Source: Dehalococcoidia bacterium
Lineage (GTDB): Bacteria > Chloroflexota > Dehalococcoidia > UBA6926
Direction: 5' to 3'
Assembly: GCA_963666115.2 (NCBI GenBank)
Contig: CAXXET010000006.1
Coordinates: forward strand, 520,574 to 584,573
DNA: 64,000 nucleotides
Shown here: in pieces, positions 45,359-54,826 of the stretch
Numbering within the stretch: position 1 is the stretch's first letter
Layout: each line of letters starts with the position of its first letter
Made by a program: the position numbers and the translations under genes
The notes under the pieces: model-generated
What the model saw: the letters and a program-made list of their open reading frames with translations, nothing else
Database searches by the model: none
Told to the model about the DNA's origin: nothing

Positions 45359-46486
45359 TTACTCATCGCACCAGAGCGGTTCACCATCGCTATCTTCGTT
45401 TCCCTCCGAAACCCTGATGGAGCCGCGTTCCTCCAGATGGCGGAGGCCGGCGGGCACACACCCCGTCAGTTCATTGCGTCTAAGGGACAAGAGGCCTAAG
45501 TATTGTAGGTTGCCAAGCTCGGGTGGGATGCTACCAGAAAGCCGGTTGTCGCTCAGATCCAAGCCTTGCAGATGGGGGAGGTTGCCAAGCTCGGTTGGGA
45601 TGCTACCGGAAAGCGAATTGTCGTTGAGGAGAAGTTCCTCAAGCTCAGTGGCTCGACCGAATTCAGGGGGTACAGGGCCGGATAAATTATTGTTGCTAAG
45701 GTCAAGCCTGTTGAGTTTTCTCAGATTTCCGAGGGTTGCCGGTATCGATCCGGTTAGTTCATTCCTACTCAATCCGAGCGATCTCAACTCTGCGAGATTC
45801 CCTAGTTCATCAGGGATACTGCCGGCCAGCCGGTTTTCCTCTGCCCAAAACACCTGTAGATTCTCCAAGCTGCCGAGCGCCTCAGGGATTTCGCCAACCA
45901 AGCGGTTCTGCAATACAATGAGACCCTCAAGCTGCGTCAGGCTGCCCAACTCCGCCGGCAGTTCCCCTGCCAGCCGATTGTTACCCAGGCTAAGCCATGT
46001 CACGCGGCCAGCGCTGTTTGCTACCACACCTACCCATTCATCAAGCGGTTCGTCGCTCAACCAATGCTCATTGTTCTTCCAGTTGTCGCCGTCTGTGGCG
46101 TGGTAGAGGGCGATTAGGGCTTGGCGGTCATTATCGGGGGGCGGGTCCGGGGTGGGCTTTGGCGTTGGCGGGGGGACGGGTGTTGGCTCTTGCGTGGGTT
46201 CGGGAGCGGCGGTGGGGACGGGCGTGGCTGTGGGGGGCGGGGTGGGGGAGGGCGTCGGGGCAGCGGCGGCGAGTTGTTCCGCGACGATGGTGGCGGCCAG
46301 GGTCTCGGCGGTGGCGTGGATATCGGGGGTTGCGGTGGGGCTTATGGATGGGGTGGGGGTGGGGGCATTGGCGGGGGAGGCGGGGCTATTGGAGGGCGGC
46401 TGGTCTTGTTGGGGTGATTCGACGGGGGTGCAGGCGACGAGGGTTAGGGCGGTTAGGGCTAGGGCGGCTATTCGTAGGCTAGTCAT
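45359..46486 (-). CDS. Leucine-rich-repeat lipoprotein (plant-receptor-type LRR) with Pro/Thr linker
   Basis: Lipobox LVAC; DRQALIALYHATDG..W; 24-aa LxxLxLxxNxLxGxIPxELG repeats. Confidence 0.9.
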   Translation of the reverse strand: MTSLRIAALALTALTLVACTPVESPQQDQPPSNSPASPANAPTPTPSISPTATPDIHATAETLAATIVAEQLAAAAPTPSPTPPPTATPVPTAAPEPTQEPTPVPPPTPKPTPDPPPDNDRQALIALYHATDGDNWKNNEHWLSDEPLDEWVGVVANSAGRVTWLSLGNNRLAGELPAELGSLTQLEGLIVLQNRLVGEIPEALGSLENLQVFWAEENRLAGSIPDELGNLAELRSLGLSRNELTGSIPATLGNLRKLNRLDLSNNNLSGPVPPEFGRATELEELLLNDNSLSGSIPTELGNLPHLQGLDLSDNRLSGSIPPELGNLQYLGLLSLRRNELTGCVPAGLRHLEERGSIRVSEGNEDSDGEPLWCDE

Positions 46487-46500
46487 GTTTTAAGGATAGC

Positions 46501-46527
46501 GGATTCTTCGCTGCGCTCAGAATGACA
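46501..46527 (-). repeat. Repeat family B copy
   Basis: GGATTCTTCGCTGCGCTCAGAATGACA. Confidence 0.9.
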
Positions 46528-46559
46528 GATGGTTGACGTGTTGGCGGCGGGGGGGGGCA

Positions 46560-46877
46560 TTAGCGGACGGCGTGGACCTCCAGGTGGACGCCCTCGTGCT
46601 CCTGGAGGCATCCGATCACGTCGAAGAGGTTGCGGGCATTAGGGTTTCCCTGTGGGCCGAGCATGCGCATGAGGCTCTTGGGCGGCTTGTCGACGCGGGA
46701 TGCCAACTCGTCGAAACCAATCGTCGCGTTGATGTAGTCTCGCAGGATGATCTTGCCGGGTTCGACATCACCTGCCAGCAAACACTCAATGGCCTCCCTG
46801 AGCAGCCCATCACGAAAGGCAGGGTCTTGTTGCGCCCGCGCCTGAACCGTCTCCCTGAAACTCCTTGTAAGTGGCAT
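46560..46877 (-). CDS. Addiction-module antitoxin (HTH)
   Basis: LRDYINATIGF..LA..SLMRML..GNP..NLF. Confidence 0.85.
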   Translation of the reverse strand: MPLTRSFRETVQARAQQDPAFRDGLLREAIECLLAGDVEPGKIILRDYINATIGFDELASRVDKPPKSLMRMLGPQGNPNARNLFDVIGCLQEHEGVHLEVHAVR

Positions 46878-46879
46878 TC

Positions 46880-47209
46880 CTATTCCTCCTGCCGCTTTCG
46901 GCGTCGATACTCAGCCCACAACTCCTTTGCCGATTCTATGTCCCCCTGTTGCCGCGACTTCGTTCCGCCTGCTAGCAGGACGATTAGCATCTCCCCGTCT
47001 CTTCCAAAGTACACTCGGTAACCGGGTCCAAAATCGATACGGCATTCAAGGACTCCGCTTCCAACGCCTCGCACGTTTGAAAGGTTCCCTGCCTCCAAGC
47101 GGGCAAGCGCTGTTCCGACCCGGGCTCCGGCAATGGAATCAAGCCGATCAAACCATCGCCCGAACCGGCTTCGTCCTGACTCGTCGATGTATTCGCGCAG
47201 TTCAATCAC
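46880..47209 (-). CDS. RelE/ParE-family addiction-module toxin
   Basis: GVGSGVLECRIDFGPGYRVYFGRDG..LLAGGTK..Q..DI. Confidence 0.9.
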   Translation of the reverse strand: MIELREYIDESGRSRFGRWFDRLDSIAGARVGTALARLEAGNLSNVRGVGSGVLECRIDFGPGYRVYFGRDGEMLIVLLAGGTKSRQQGDIESAKELWAEYRRRKRQEE

Positions 47210-47218
47210 GGTCCTATA

Positions 47219-47234
47219 GTAACACGTGTGTTAC
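47219..47234. promoter_or_regulatory. Palindromic operator candidate for TA autoregulation
   Basis: GTAACAC-GT-GTGTTAC just upstream of the toxin start. Confidence 0.5.
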
Positions 47235-47349
47235 CGTTGGGCGCACTGCTGCTTTTGCCCGCCCGTATGAGCGCGTCCCTTCCTGATAAAATGGGTGTTC
47301 ACGCGATACACCAAGCAGCAACGCGACTGACCGACGAGGGACAAGCGCC

Positions 47350-48390
47350 ATGAGCATTCGGGCGGGGATTATCAATGTTACGGGGTATGCGGGGATGGAG
47401 CTTGCGCGGATTTTGCGCGGGCATTCCGACGTGGAGTTGACCGCCGTCACGGGCCGATCCGCCGCCGGCGAGCAGCTCGACGAGTACCTGCCGCACCTGG
47501 ACAAGATGGAGCTGCCCATCGTCGAGCAGGATGAGCTCGATGACGTGGACGTGGCGTTCTCCGCACTGCCGCACAAGGCGTCGGCGGAGGCGTGCGTGGC
47601 GATGCTGGGCAAGAATGCGCGCGTCGTCGATATCGCCGCCGATTTCCGGCTGCACAACGTGGAGGAGTACGAGGCGTGGTACCAGCCGCACCCCGCGCCC
47701 TCTTTCCTTGAAGAGGCGGTCTACGGCCTGCCGGAACTGCACCGCGACGCGATCAGAGAGGCGCGGCTTGTCGCCAACCCGGGCTGCTATCCGACGGGCG
47801 CGCTGCTCGGACTCGCGCCCCTTGTTAAGGAAAGGCTGATCGAGCCGAACGTGATCGTTGATTCAAAATCGGGCGTGTCCGGCGCGGGGCGGTCGCTCAG
47901 CCAGACCGTCCATTTCTCCGAGGTGAACGAGAACGTGTCCGCCTACGGGCTGTCCGGCCATCGCCACCTGCCGGAGATCACGCAGGAGCTGGCGGAGATC
48001 GACCCGTCGCAGAAGTGGAACGTCACGTTCACGCCGCACCTAATTCCGATGACGCGCGGCATCCTGAGCACCATCTACGTGACGCCATCGGACGACCGCC
48101 TGCCAGCGTCTCCTGAGGGGGCGCAGCGCCTGCGCGACCTCTTTGCGGACTACTACGCCGCCGAGCCGTTCGTGCGCGTGACGCAGAAGCCGCCGCAGAC
48201 CAAGCAGACGTCCGGCAGCAACTTCACACAGGTCTACCCGGTGATCGATCAGCGGACGGGGCGGATCATCATCGTGACGGCGCTGGACAACCTTGTTAAG
48301 GGGGCGGCGGGGCAGGCGATCCAGAACATGAACCTGATGTTTGGGGCCCCAGAGACAGAGGGGCTGGAGGAGTTCGCGCTGTTTCCCTAG
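47350..48390 (+). CDS. argC: N-acetyl-gamma-glutamyl-phosphate reductase
   Basis: TGYAG, ANPGCYPT, SGVSGAGR, HRHLPEI, DNLVKGAAGQAIQN. Confidence 0.95.
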   Translation: MSIRAGIINVTGYAGMELARILRGHSDVELTAVTGRSAAGEQLDEYLPHLDKMELPIVEQDELDDVDVAFSALPHKASAEACVAMLGKNARVVDIAADFRLHNVEEYEAWYQPHPAPSFLEEAVYGLPELHRDAIREARLVANPGCYPTGALLGLAPLVKERLIEPNVIVDSKSGVSGAGRSLSQTVHFSEVNENVSAYGLSGHRHLPEITQELAEIDPSQKWNVTFTPHLIPMTRGILSTIYVTPSDDRLPASPEGAQRLRDLFADYYAAEPFVRVTQKPPQTKQTSGSNFTQVYPVIDQRTGRIIIVTALDNLVKGAAGQAIQNMNLMFGAPETEGLEEFALFP

Positions 48391-49142
48391 AGCGCCGTTG
48401 CGATCCAGAGGTATTGGCTGATTGGGCCGTCTGCGACGGGGTAGTTGAGTCGTTCCACGCTGAAACCGGCTTCCTTGATTAGGCGCCGCCACGTGTCAAC
48501 GGGGAAGAGTCCCGTCGTGTGGTGGTCGAGCTCCATGCGGCGCTCGCCGTTTTCCGTGATGACGAACAGGAACGACGATTGCAGCAGGGACGGGTCGTTG
48601 ACGTCCGGCGACGAGTATTCGATATAGGTGAGTTCGCGGTCGTCGCGGCGGTGCGTGCGATGGTTGACATAGGGCCAGACGGGTCGGTCGATGTAGTGGT
48701 CCGGCATCGTGATGAACACGCCGCCCGGCTCAAGGTGCGCGCGGGCAGTGGCGAACGCGGCGGCCAGATCATCCTCTGACGTCATGTAGGCGATGGCGTC
48801 GTGGATCAGGACAACATCAAAGGTTTGTCCCAGGCGGATCGAGCGCATATCGCCGACGACGTGCTCAACGTCCGGGTTTAGGCGGCGGGCGTTTTCGAGC
48901 ATTGAGTCGGACAGGTCGACGGCGGTCACGTCCAGGATGTCCGTGAGGTGGGAGATGAAGTGGCCGCCGCCCGTGCCGAGTTCCAGGGCGCTTACAGGGC
49001 GATTGTGGATGCGCGTCAGGATCTGGTTGCGCCAGTGGGGCGCCTCGTCGGCGTACTCCTCCGGCGGGCTCATCAACGGCCAGAGATACGCGAGATCGCC
49101 GTAGAGGCGGTGGCTTTCCTCGCTGCCAAGGCGGTGTGTCAT
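48387..49142 (-). CDS. Class I SAM-dependent methyltransferase
   Basis: LELGTGGG, VDLS..ML, GDMR, FDVV. Confidence 0.88.
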   Translation of the reverse strand: MTHRLGSEESHRLYGDLAYLWPLMSPPEEYADEAPHWRNQILTRIHNRPVSALELGTGGGHFISHLTDILDVTAVDLSDSMLENARRLNPDVEHVVGDMRSIRLGQTFDVVLIHDAIAYMTSEDDLAAAFATARAHLEPGGVFITMPDHYIDRPVWPYVNHRTHRRDDRELTYIEYSSPDVNDPSLLQSSFLFVITENGERRMELDHHTTGLFPVDTWRRLIKEAGFSVERLNYPVADGPISQYLWIATAL

Positions 49143-49609
49143 TCTGCCGGCTGCGCGGCCAGGTAGTTGGCGAGCGCGCGGTAGTCCTTGCGGATGGAGC
49201 GGGCCATGAATCGCGCGGTGAGATGGCCAATGAACTCCATGACCTTGTTGAGGCCCGTGATTTCGCCGTGCATGGACATGCTCGTGCCGCCGGTGTCCTC
49301 GTCCTCCTCCAGGTGGTAGAAGAACGTGTACCGGCCGCTGCCGCTGCTGCCCTGCGAGCCGTCGACGGTCAGTTCCAGCATCTCCGGCGGCTCGAAGATG
49401 GTCACCTGGAAGCGCTCCGTGGCGTCGCGGAAGAACATGCGGCGGGTCTCCTCGAAAACCGTTCCCACCCCAAAGTCGCCCTCGGAGAGGACCTTGACCT
49501 CCTTGAGGTTAGGCATCCAGTCGATCAATGCGTTGACGTTGGTCAGGGCGTCAAAGACCTTTTGCGGGGGCGCGTCGAAATGGATTTCAATGTTGAACTC
49601 AATTGACAT
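49139..49609 (-). CDS. SRPBCC/polyketide cyclase family protein
   Basis: APPQKVFDAL..WMP..GVGTVF.ETR. Confidence 0.8.
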   Translation of the reverse strand: MSIEFNIEIHFDAPPQKVFDALTNVNALIDWMPNLKEVKVLSEGDFGVGTVFEETRRMFFRDATERFQVTIFEPPEMLELTVDGSQGSSGSGRYTFFYHLEEDEDTGGTSMSMHGEITGLNKVMEFIGHLTARFMARSIRKDYRALANYLAAQPAE

Positions 49610-49706
49610 GACGCCACTCCCGTCTCGTTTATGCCCACCCACGCTGCGGGCTCCGTTGTTATTGTAGTGGGGCGGGCAAGGAATTAAGAGGGATTAGGGG
49701 GAGACG

Positions 49707-50546
49707 ATGGCGGCGCAGATGATCACGGCAAACGGAATTGCACAATGCTACGAGACAGCGGGGCCGGAGGGGGCGCCGTGGGTGACGCTGGTTCACGGCT
49801 CCGGCGACAACCGCAACGGGTGGTGGCTCCAGGTTCCGGCGCTTGCGGAGTCGTTCCGCGTGCTCACGTATGACGTGCGCGGGCACGGCGACACCGAGAC
49901 GCCGGAATCCGATTCGCTGAGCCAGATGACGTTCGTGGAAGATCTCGCGGGGCTGCTGGACGGCCTCGGCATCGAGCGCACGGCGTTGATCGGTTACTCG
50001 ATGGGCGGCGGTATTGTGCGTAACTTTGCCGCGACGCACCCGAATCGTGTGTGGGGGGCGGTGATCTCCAACGGCGGCAGGCTCGACCCTCCGCCACCGG
50101 CGAACGAGGAGGAGGCAAGGGCGGCGCAGGCGATGCGGGATGAGCGGATTGCCGGGATTCGCGCGGGCGGCATGGACTTCGTGTTCGAGGGGTGGCGCGA
50201 GCAGGTGTACACGCCGGAGTTCCGTGAGGCGCGGCCGCAGATCGTGGATGCCCACTATGCGATCACGACGGCCAACGACCCTGAGAAGTACATCCGCGTG
50301 ATGGCCGGCATGGGCGGCCCGTCCGGGGTGGACGTGGCGAACATCACGTCGCCCACGCTGATCATCGTTGGGGCAGGGGACCAGTACACGGGGCCGGAGG
50401 CGGCGCGGGCGCTTGCTGCGGCGATGACGGGCACGCAGGCGGGCGTGGAGGTGTTTCCGACGCGGCACGGCACGCCGTTCGAGCGGCACGAGGAATATAA
50501 CCGGACGCTGCTCGCTTTTCTGAACGAGAACAAGCCGGCGAACTGA
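49707..50546 (+). CDS. Alpha/beta hydrolase
   Basis: LVHG, YDVRGHG, GYSMGG. Confidence 0.9.
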   Translation: MAAQMITANGIAQCYETAGPEGAPWVTLVHGSGDNRNGWWLQVPALAESFRVLTYDVRGHGDTETPESDSLSQMTFVEDLAGLLDGLGIERTALIGYSMGGGIVRNFAATHPNRVWGAVISNGGRLDPPPPANEEEARAAQAMRDERIAGIRAGGMDFVFEGWREQVYTPEFREARPQIVDAHYAITTANDPEKYIRVMAGMGGPSGVDVANITSPTLIIVGAGDQYTGPEAARALAAAMTGTQAGVEVFPTRHGTPFERHEEYNRTLLAFLNENKPAN

Positions 50547-50686
50547 CCGAGAGCAGCCAAGCGCCCACAGCCCTTGACCCTTGCAATCCGATGATTAGAC
50601 TGGCCTGAATATCCGGCGCGGTGACGGACGAAGCCGCGTTGGGGCGGTTATGCGCAGAGGTGAATCGCACGGGGAGGGCGTGAACC

Positions 50687-51646
50687 ATGTGGGCATACAT
50701 TGTGCGCCGGCTTTTGCTGGCAATACCGACGCTGTTGGGAGTCACGGTCGTTGTCTTTCTGATCATGCGGATTGCGCCGGGCGACCTGGCGCTGATGATC
50801 ATTTGCGGCACGGGCGAGAGCTGCGCTTTCGATGAGGCCGCGCTTGATCGCGTCCGCGAGGAGCTCGGTCTGAATAAGCCGCTCTACGTACAGTACTTCG
50901 ACTGGCTATTTGGCCTCGTGACGCTGGACTTCGGGCGGTCGTTCTTCTACAACGCGGAGATGTCAGAGCTGCTTGCGCGGAAGGCCCCGCTGAGCATTCA
51001 GGTTGGGCTGATGGGGTTGGTGTTCGGCAGCCTTTTGGGCATTGCGGGCGGTGTCATCGCGGCTCTCAAGCAGGACACGTTTACGGACTACTTCATTCGC
51101 GGCACGGCGATCCTGGGCATTTCCGTTCCTACATTCTGGAGCGGGATGATGCTGATCCTGATCTTCGTGCGGATGTTTGACTGGATTCCGCGGCAGGGCT
51201 ACGTCCCGATCTGGGAAGACCCGATTGCCAACCTGGCGCAACTAGTTTGGCCTGCGCTGATCATCGGCCTCGGCTTCCTCATGGGAGTGCCGCTCCGCAT
51301 GATGCGGGCAACGATGCTGGAGGTCATGCGCGAGGACTATGTGCGCACGGCGCGGTCCAAGGGACTCAAGGAGCGGGTGATCATCGTTCGCCATGCAATG
51401 CGCAACGCTCTCATTCCCGTGCTCACGTTGATTGGGATATTCCTGCCGATCACGGTGACGGGACTGGTGGTGACAGAGCAGGTGTTTGGCCTGCCCGGCG
51501 TGGGGCGCATGATGGTGGACGCCATCAACCAGCGGGACTACCCCGTCGTTCAACTGGTGGTCACCATGACGGGATTCGCGGTGGTGCTGGCGAACCTGGG
51601 CGTGGACATGCTGTACGGGTGGCTCGATCCGCGGATCCGGTACTAG
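50687..51646 (+). CDS. Opp/Dpp ABC permease (OppB-like), copy 1
   Basis: DYVRTARSKGL..HAMRNA..LDPRIRY. Confidence 0.92.
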   Translation: MWAYIVRRLLLAIPTLLGVTVVVFLIMRIAPGDLALMIICGTGESCAFDEAALDRVREELGLNKPLYVQYFDWLFGLVTLDFGRSFFYNAEMSELLARKAPLSIQVGLMGLVFGSLLGIAGGVIAALKQDTFTDYFIRGTAILGISVPTFWSGMMLILIFVRMFDWIPRQGYVPIWEDPIANLAQLVWPALIIGLGFLMGVPLRMMRATMLEVMREDYVRTARSKGLKERVIIVRHAMRNALIPVLTLIGIFLPITVTGLVVTEQVFGLPGVGRMMVDAINQRDYPVVQLVVTMTGFAVVLANLGVDMLYGWLDPRIRY

Positions 51647-51690
51647 GGCGGTAGAATGCGGCAAAACGGGCGCGGCGGGCGCGCAAATGC

Positions 51691-51719
51691 TTGACATGGG
51701 TAGGGGGCATCCATAGCAT
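51691..51719 (+). promoter_or_regulatory. Promoter TTGACA-17-TAGCAT for permease copy 2
   Basis: Consensus spacing in the intergenic region. Confidence 0.6.
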
Positions 51720-51814
51720 GGTGCGAAACGCGGGCAACGCGCCGGGGCGCAAGCAACGGCCCGAACGGCAATGACGCAGGCTGGCTTGTAGCCTACGGGG
51801 AGGGGCGAAAGCAG

Positions 51815-52774
51815 ATGTGGGCATATGTAATACGCCGCATATTATTGGCGGTGCCGACGATTCTTGGCGTGACCATCGTGGTCTTCCTGATCATGCGCAT
51901 CGCGCCTGGCGACGTGGCCATCATGATGCTTGGCGGCGGCGAAGGCGGCGGCGGAATCGATCCGGAGGCGCTGGAGAGAATCCGAACCGAGTTAGGCCTG
52001 AATAAACCGCTCTATGAGCAGTACCTGGGCTGGGTGTACGGGCTCCTCACCCTCGACTTTGGCAAGTCCTTCTTCTACAACGCCGACATGGATCGGCTGA
52101 TTGCGAGGAAGGCTCCCCTTAGCCTCCAGGTTGGCGTGATGGGCCTCATCATCGGCAGCACTCTTGGGATCGCCGGCGGAGTTGTCGCCGCGCTCAAGCA
52201 GGACACATTCTTCGATTACCTCATTCGCGGCATCGCGATTCTCGGCATCTCCGTCCCGACGTTCTGGAGCGGCATGATGCTGATTCTCATCTTTGTCCGG
52301 GTGTTTGACTGGATTCCCCGGCAAGGGTACATCCCGATCTGGGAGGATCCGATTGCCAACCTGGCGCAGTTGATTTGGCCGGCGCTGATCATCGGCCTTG
52401 GATTCCTGATGGGCGTGCCGCTGCGCATGATGCGCGCCACCATGCTTGAAGTCATGCGGGAGGACTACATCCGCACGGCGCGCGCGAAGGGCCTCAAGGA
52501 GCGGGTGATCATCGTGCGCCACGCCATGCGGAACGCCTTGATCCCGGTGCTTACCCTGATCGGCATCTTCTTGCCCATCACGGTGACCGGCCTCGTCGTG
52601 ACGGAGCAGGTCTTCGGCCTCCCGGGCATTGGGCGCATGATGGTGGACTCCATAAACCAGCGAGATTTCCCGGTCGTTCAGCTCGTTGTGACGCTCACCG
52701 GCTTTGCCGTCGTCGCCGCGAACCTGGGCGTGGACCTGCTGTACGGTTGGCTTGATCCACGGATCCGGTACTAG
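51815..52774 (+). CDS. Opp/Dpp ABC permease (OppB-like), copy 2
   Basis: Same length and highly similar to copy 1. Confidence 0.92.
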   Translation: MWAYVIRRILLAVPTILGVTIVVFLIMRIAPGDVAIMMLGGGEGGGGIDPEALERIRTELGLNKPLYEQYLGWVYGLLTLDFGKSFFYNADMDRLIARKAPLSLQVGVMGLIIGSTLGIAGGVVAALKQDTFFDYLIRGIAILGISVPTFWSGMMLILIFVRVFDWIPRQGYIPIWEDPIANLAQLIWPALIIGLGFLMGVPLRMMRATMLEVMREDYIRTARAKGLKERVIIVRHAMRNALIPVLTLIGIFLPITVTGLVVTEQVFGLPGIGRMMVDSINQRDFPVVQLVVTLTGFAVVAANLGVDLLYGWLDPRIRY

Positions 52775-52857
52775 GCCGTCCGGCAGGCGTGTGAGAAGAG
52801 AACCAGCCACGTTCGGGCTGACAATCGAGTAGACGGTACTCAAGGGGAGCGATAGAA

Positions 52858-53793
52858 ATGGCGGCACAGACTGAAGCGGTCGCAGAGATCATCGGTCAAC
52901 GGCGGCGGCGAAACATCCTGCAGCGCAACTGGCTGCTGTGGAAGAGTCGGCCACTTGGATTGGTGGGATTGGGATTGGTCTTCATCCTGATTCTCATGGC
53001 GGCCACGGCGTCGCTCTGGGAGATTGCAACATCCGCCGCCTCGAACTATGACGGTTTTATCGAGTACCGCTATGCGTCCCAGATATCGGCTCAATTGGTT
53101 CCGCCGAACGCGGAGCATTGGTTGGGCGGTGACCGTTATGGACGTGATCTGTTCACCAGGATTGTCTTCGGGGCGCAGATCTCCCTGTACGTTGGCTTCG
53201 CGGTCGCGATGGGAGCGGGAACCATTGCCGGCATCCTCGGAATCACGAGCGCGTATTTCGGCGGCTGGGTTGACCTGCTGGGCCAGCGCCTCGTTGACGT
53301 TCTCCAGGCGTTCCCGGGCCTGATCCTTGCGATGGCCATTGTCGCCATCCTCCAGACCTTCAGCATCGAGGTCACGATCATCGCGATTTCAATTCCGGCG
53401 CTGCCTGCCATGATTCGCGTTGTGCGCGGGCAGGCATTGTCCATAACGAAGACGGACTACGTGCTGGCAGGCCGAACCATCGGCGCCAGCCACCTCCGCC
53501 TCATCTTCCGGTACATCATGCCCAACTCGATGGCGCCCTGGATCATCGTTGTGACCGGCCGCCTGGGCTCTGCAATCACGACCGAGGCATCCCTGAGCTT
53601 CCTCGGCTTGGGAGTCCCTGAACCGCACCCGTCCTGGGGCGGCATGTTGAACGCCAGCGCGCTGGACTTTGCCGAGCTTGCTCCTCACATCATCGTGTTC
53701 CCCGGACTTGCTCTCAGCATGGCGGTCTTCGGGTTCAACGTGTTTGGCGACGCGCTGAGGGACGTGCTCGACCCGCGGCTGCGGGGACGCTGA
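52858..53793 (+). CDS. Opp/Dpp ABC permease (OppC-like)
   Basis: HWLG.D..GRD..R, EASLSFLGLG..PSWG, GDALRDVLDPR. Confidence 0.92.
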   Translation: MAAQTEAVAEIIGQRRRRNILQRNWLLWKSRPLGLVGLGLVFILILMAATASLWEIATSAASNYDGFIEYRYASQISAQLVPPNAEHWLGGDRYGRDLFTRIVFGAQISLYVGFAVAMGAGTIAGILGITSAYFGGWVDLLGQRLVDVLQAFPGLILAMAIVAILQTFSIEVTIIAISIPALPAMIRVVRGQALSITKTDYVLAGRTIGASHLRLIFRYIMPNSMAPWIIVVTGRLGSAITTEASLSFLGLGVPEPHPSWGGMLNASALDFAELAPHIIVFPGLALSMAVFGFNVFGDALRDVLDPRLRGR

Positions 53794-53803
53794 TTCCCGG
53801 GGG

Positions 53804-54811
53804 ATGTTCTGGCTTGACCCCATGAAATGGGCGGCAGTCCTCCTGGCGGTTGCCGCCGTGGGCATGGTCATCGTATCCGGTTGCGGCGGAGAGGTAACGT
53901 ACACGATTTACTTCCAGTCCGATCGCAACGGAAACTGGGACATCTACTCCGTCGAGCATGACGGCACAGGTGAGACGCAAGTCACCGACAACGTCCTCGA
54001 TGACATCTATCCCGCCGTCAGCCCGGACGGGTCCAAGCTGGCGTTCATCAGGCGTTCAGGCAATGCGACCGACATCATCCTGATGGACACGGACGGGGAT
54101 GACGAGCAGAACCTGACGAACGGCCTCGTGAGCGGGACGGTTGAGTCGTTGACGTGGTACCCGGACGGGGAGCGCCTGCTCGTGGCGTTGTGGAGCATCG
54201 AGGTCGCGTCCGGGCGCCCGCAGCTCTACTGGATGAGCGCGGATGGGATGGCTGCGGACGGGACGGGCATGAACCTGCTGGGACAGGACACCACGTATTC
54301 CTACCGGAATCCGCGCCTGAATATGGTCGGCGAGGAGATTGCGGTGTCGGCAAGCCTCTCACCCGACGCCGTTGACGTTCACGTGCTGGACAGCGACGGA
54401 CGATTCATCCGCATCATTCCCCAAGAGACATTCCTGAGGCCGACGGGAGAGTTCAGGGCGGCGAACGCGTCTGAGGATTACCCGGACTATGCCCCAAACG
54501 GCCGGGACGTCATCATGCAGTCGAACGCTTCTGCGGTTACGAATCCCAGCGACGCCATTCACCTCTGGTACGTTTCGTCACAGGGACGTCGGAGCGCGGA
54601 CCGCACGCCGGAAGTTCCCTCTAACAACATGCAACCGTCGTGGTCAACCGTGCTGGACGGGCAGACCATCGTGTTTGTGAGCGACCGCGACGGCAACGAG
54701 GAGATCTATCTGTGGAGCATGGCCGACGGGGCTGAGCCGGTTCGCCTGACGGACAATCCCGCCGACGACTCGCACCCCAGTTGGCTCAAGAACGATCCCG
54801 ACGCCGACTAG
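53804..54811 (+). CDS. TolB-like/PD40 beta-propeller lipoprotein
   Basis: Lipobox VSGC; SDRNGNWDIY, PAVSPDG, SDRDGNEEIY. Confidence 0.85.
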   Translation: MFWLDPMKWAAVLLAVAAVGMVIVSGCGGEVTYTIYFQSDRNGNWDIYSVEHDGTGETQVTDNVLDDIYPAVSPDGSKLAFIRRSGNATDIILMDTDGDDEQNLTNGLVSGTVESLTWYPDGERLLVALWSIEVASGRPQLYWMSADGMAADGTGMNLLGQDTTYSYRNPRLNMVGEEIAVSASLSPDAVDVHVLDSDGRFIRIIPQETFLRPTGEFRAANASEDYPDYAPNGRDVIMQSNASAVTNPSDAIHLWYVSSQGRRSADRTPEVPSNNMQPSWSTVLDGQTIVFVSDRDGNEEIYLWSMADGAEPVRLTDNPADDSHPSWLKNDPDAD

Positions 54812-54826
54812 CCCCTGGGGTAGATG

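Noticed and set aside
12952-46527. CRISPR array or integron from repeat families A and B
   Set aside because: Copies are dispersed, not regularly spaced; no cas or intI gene and no attC-like ends recognised
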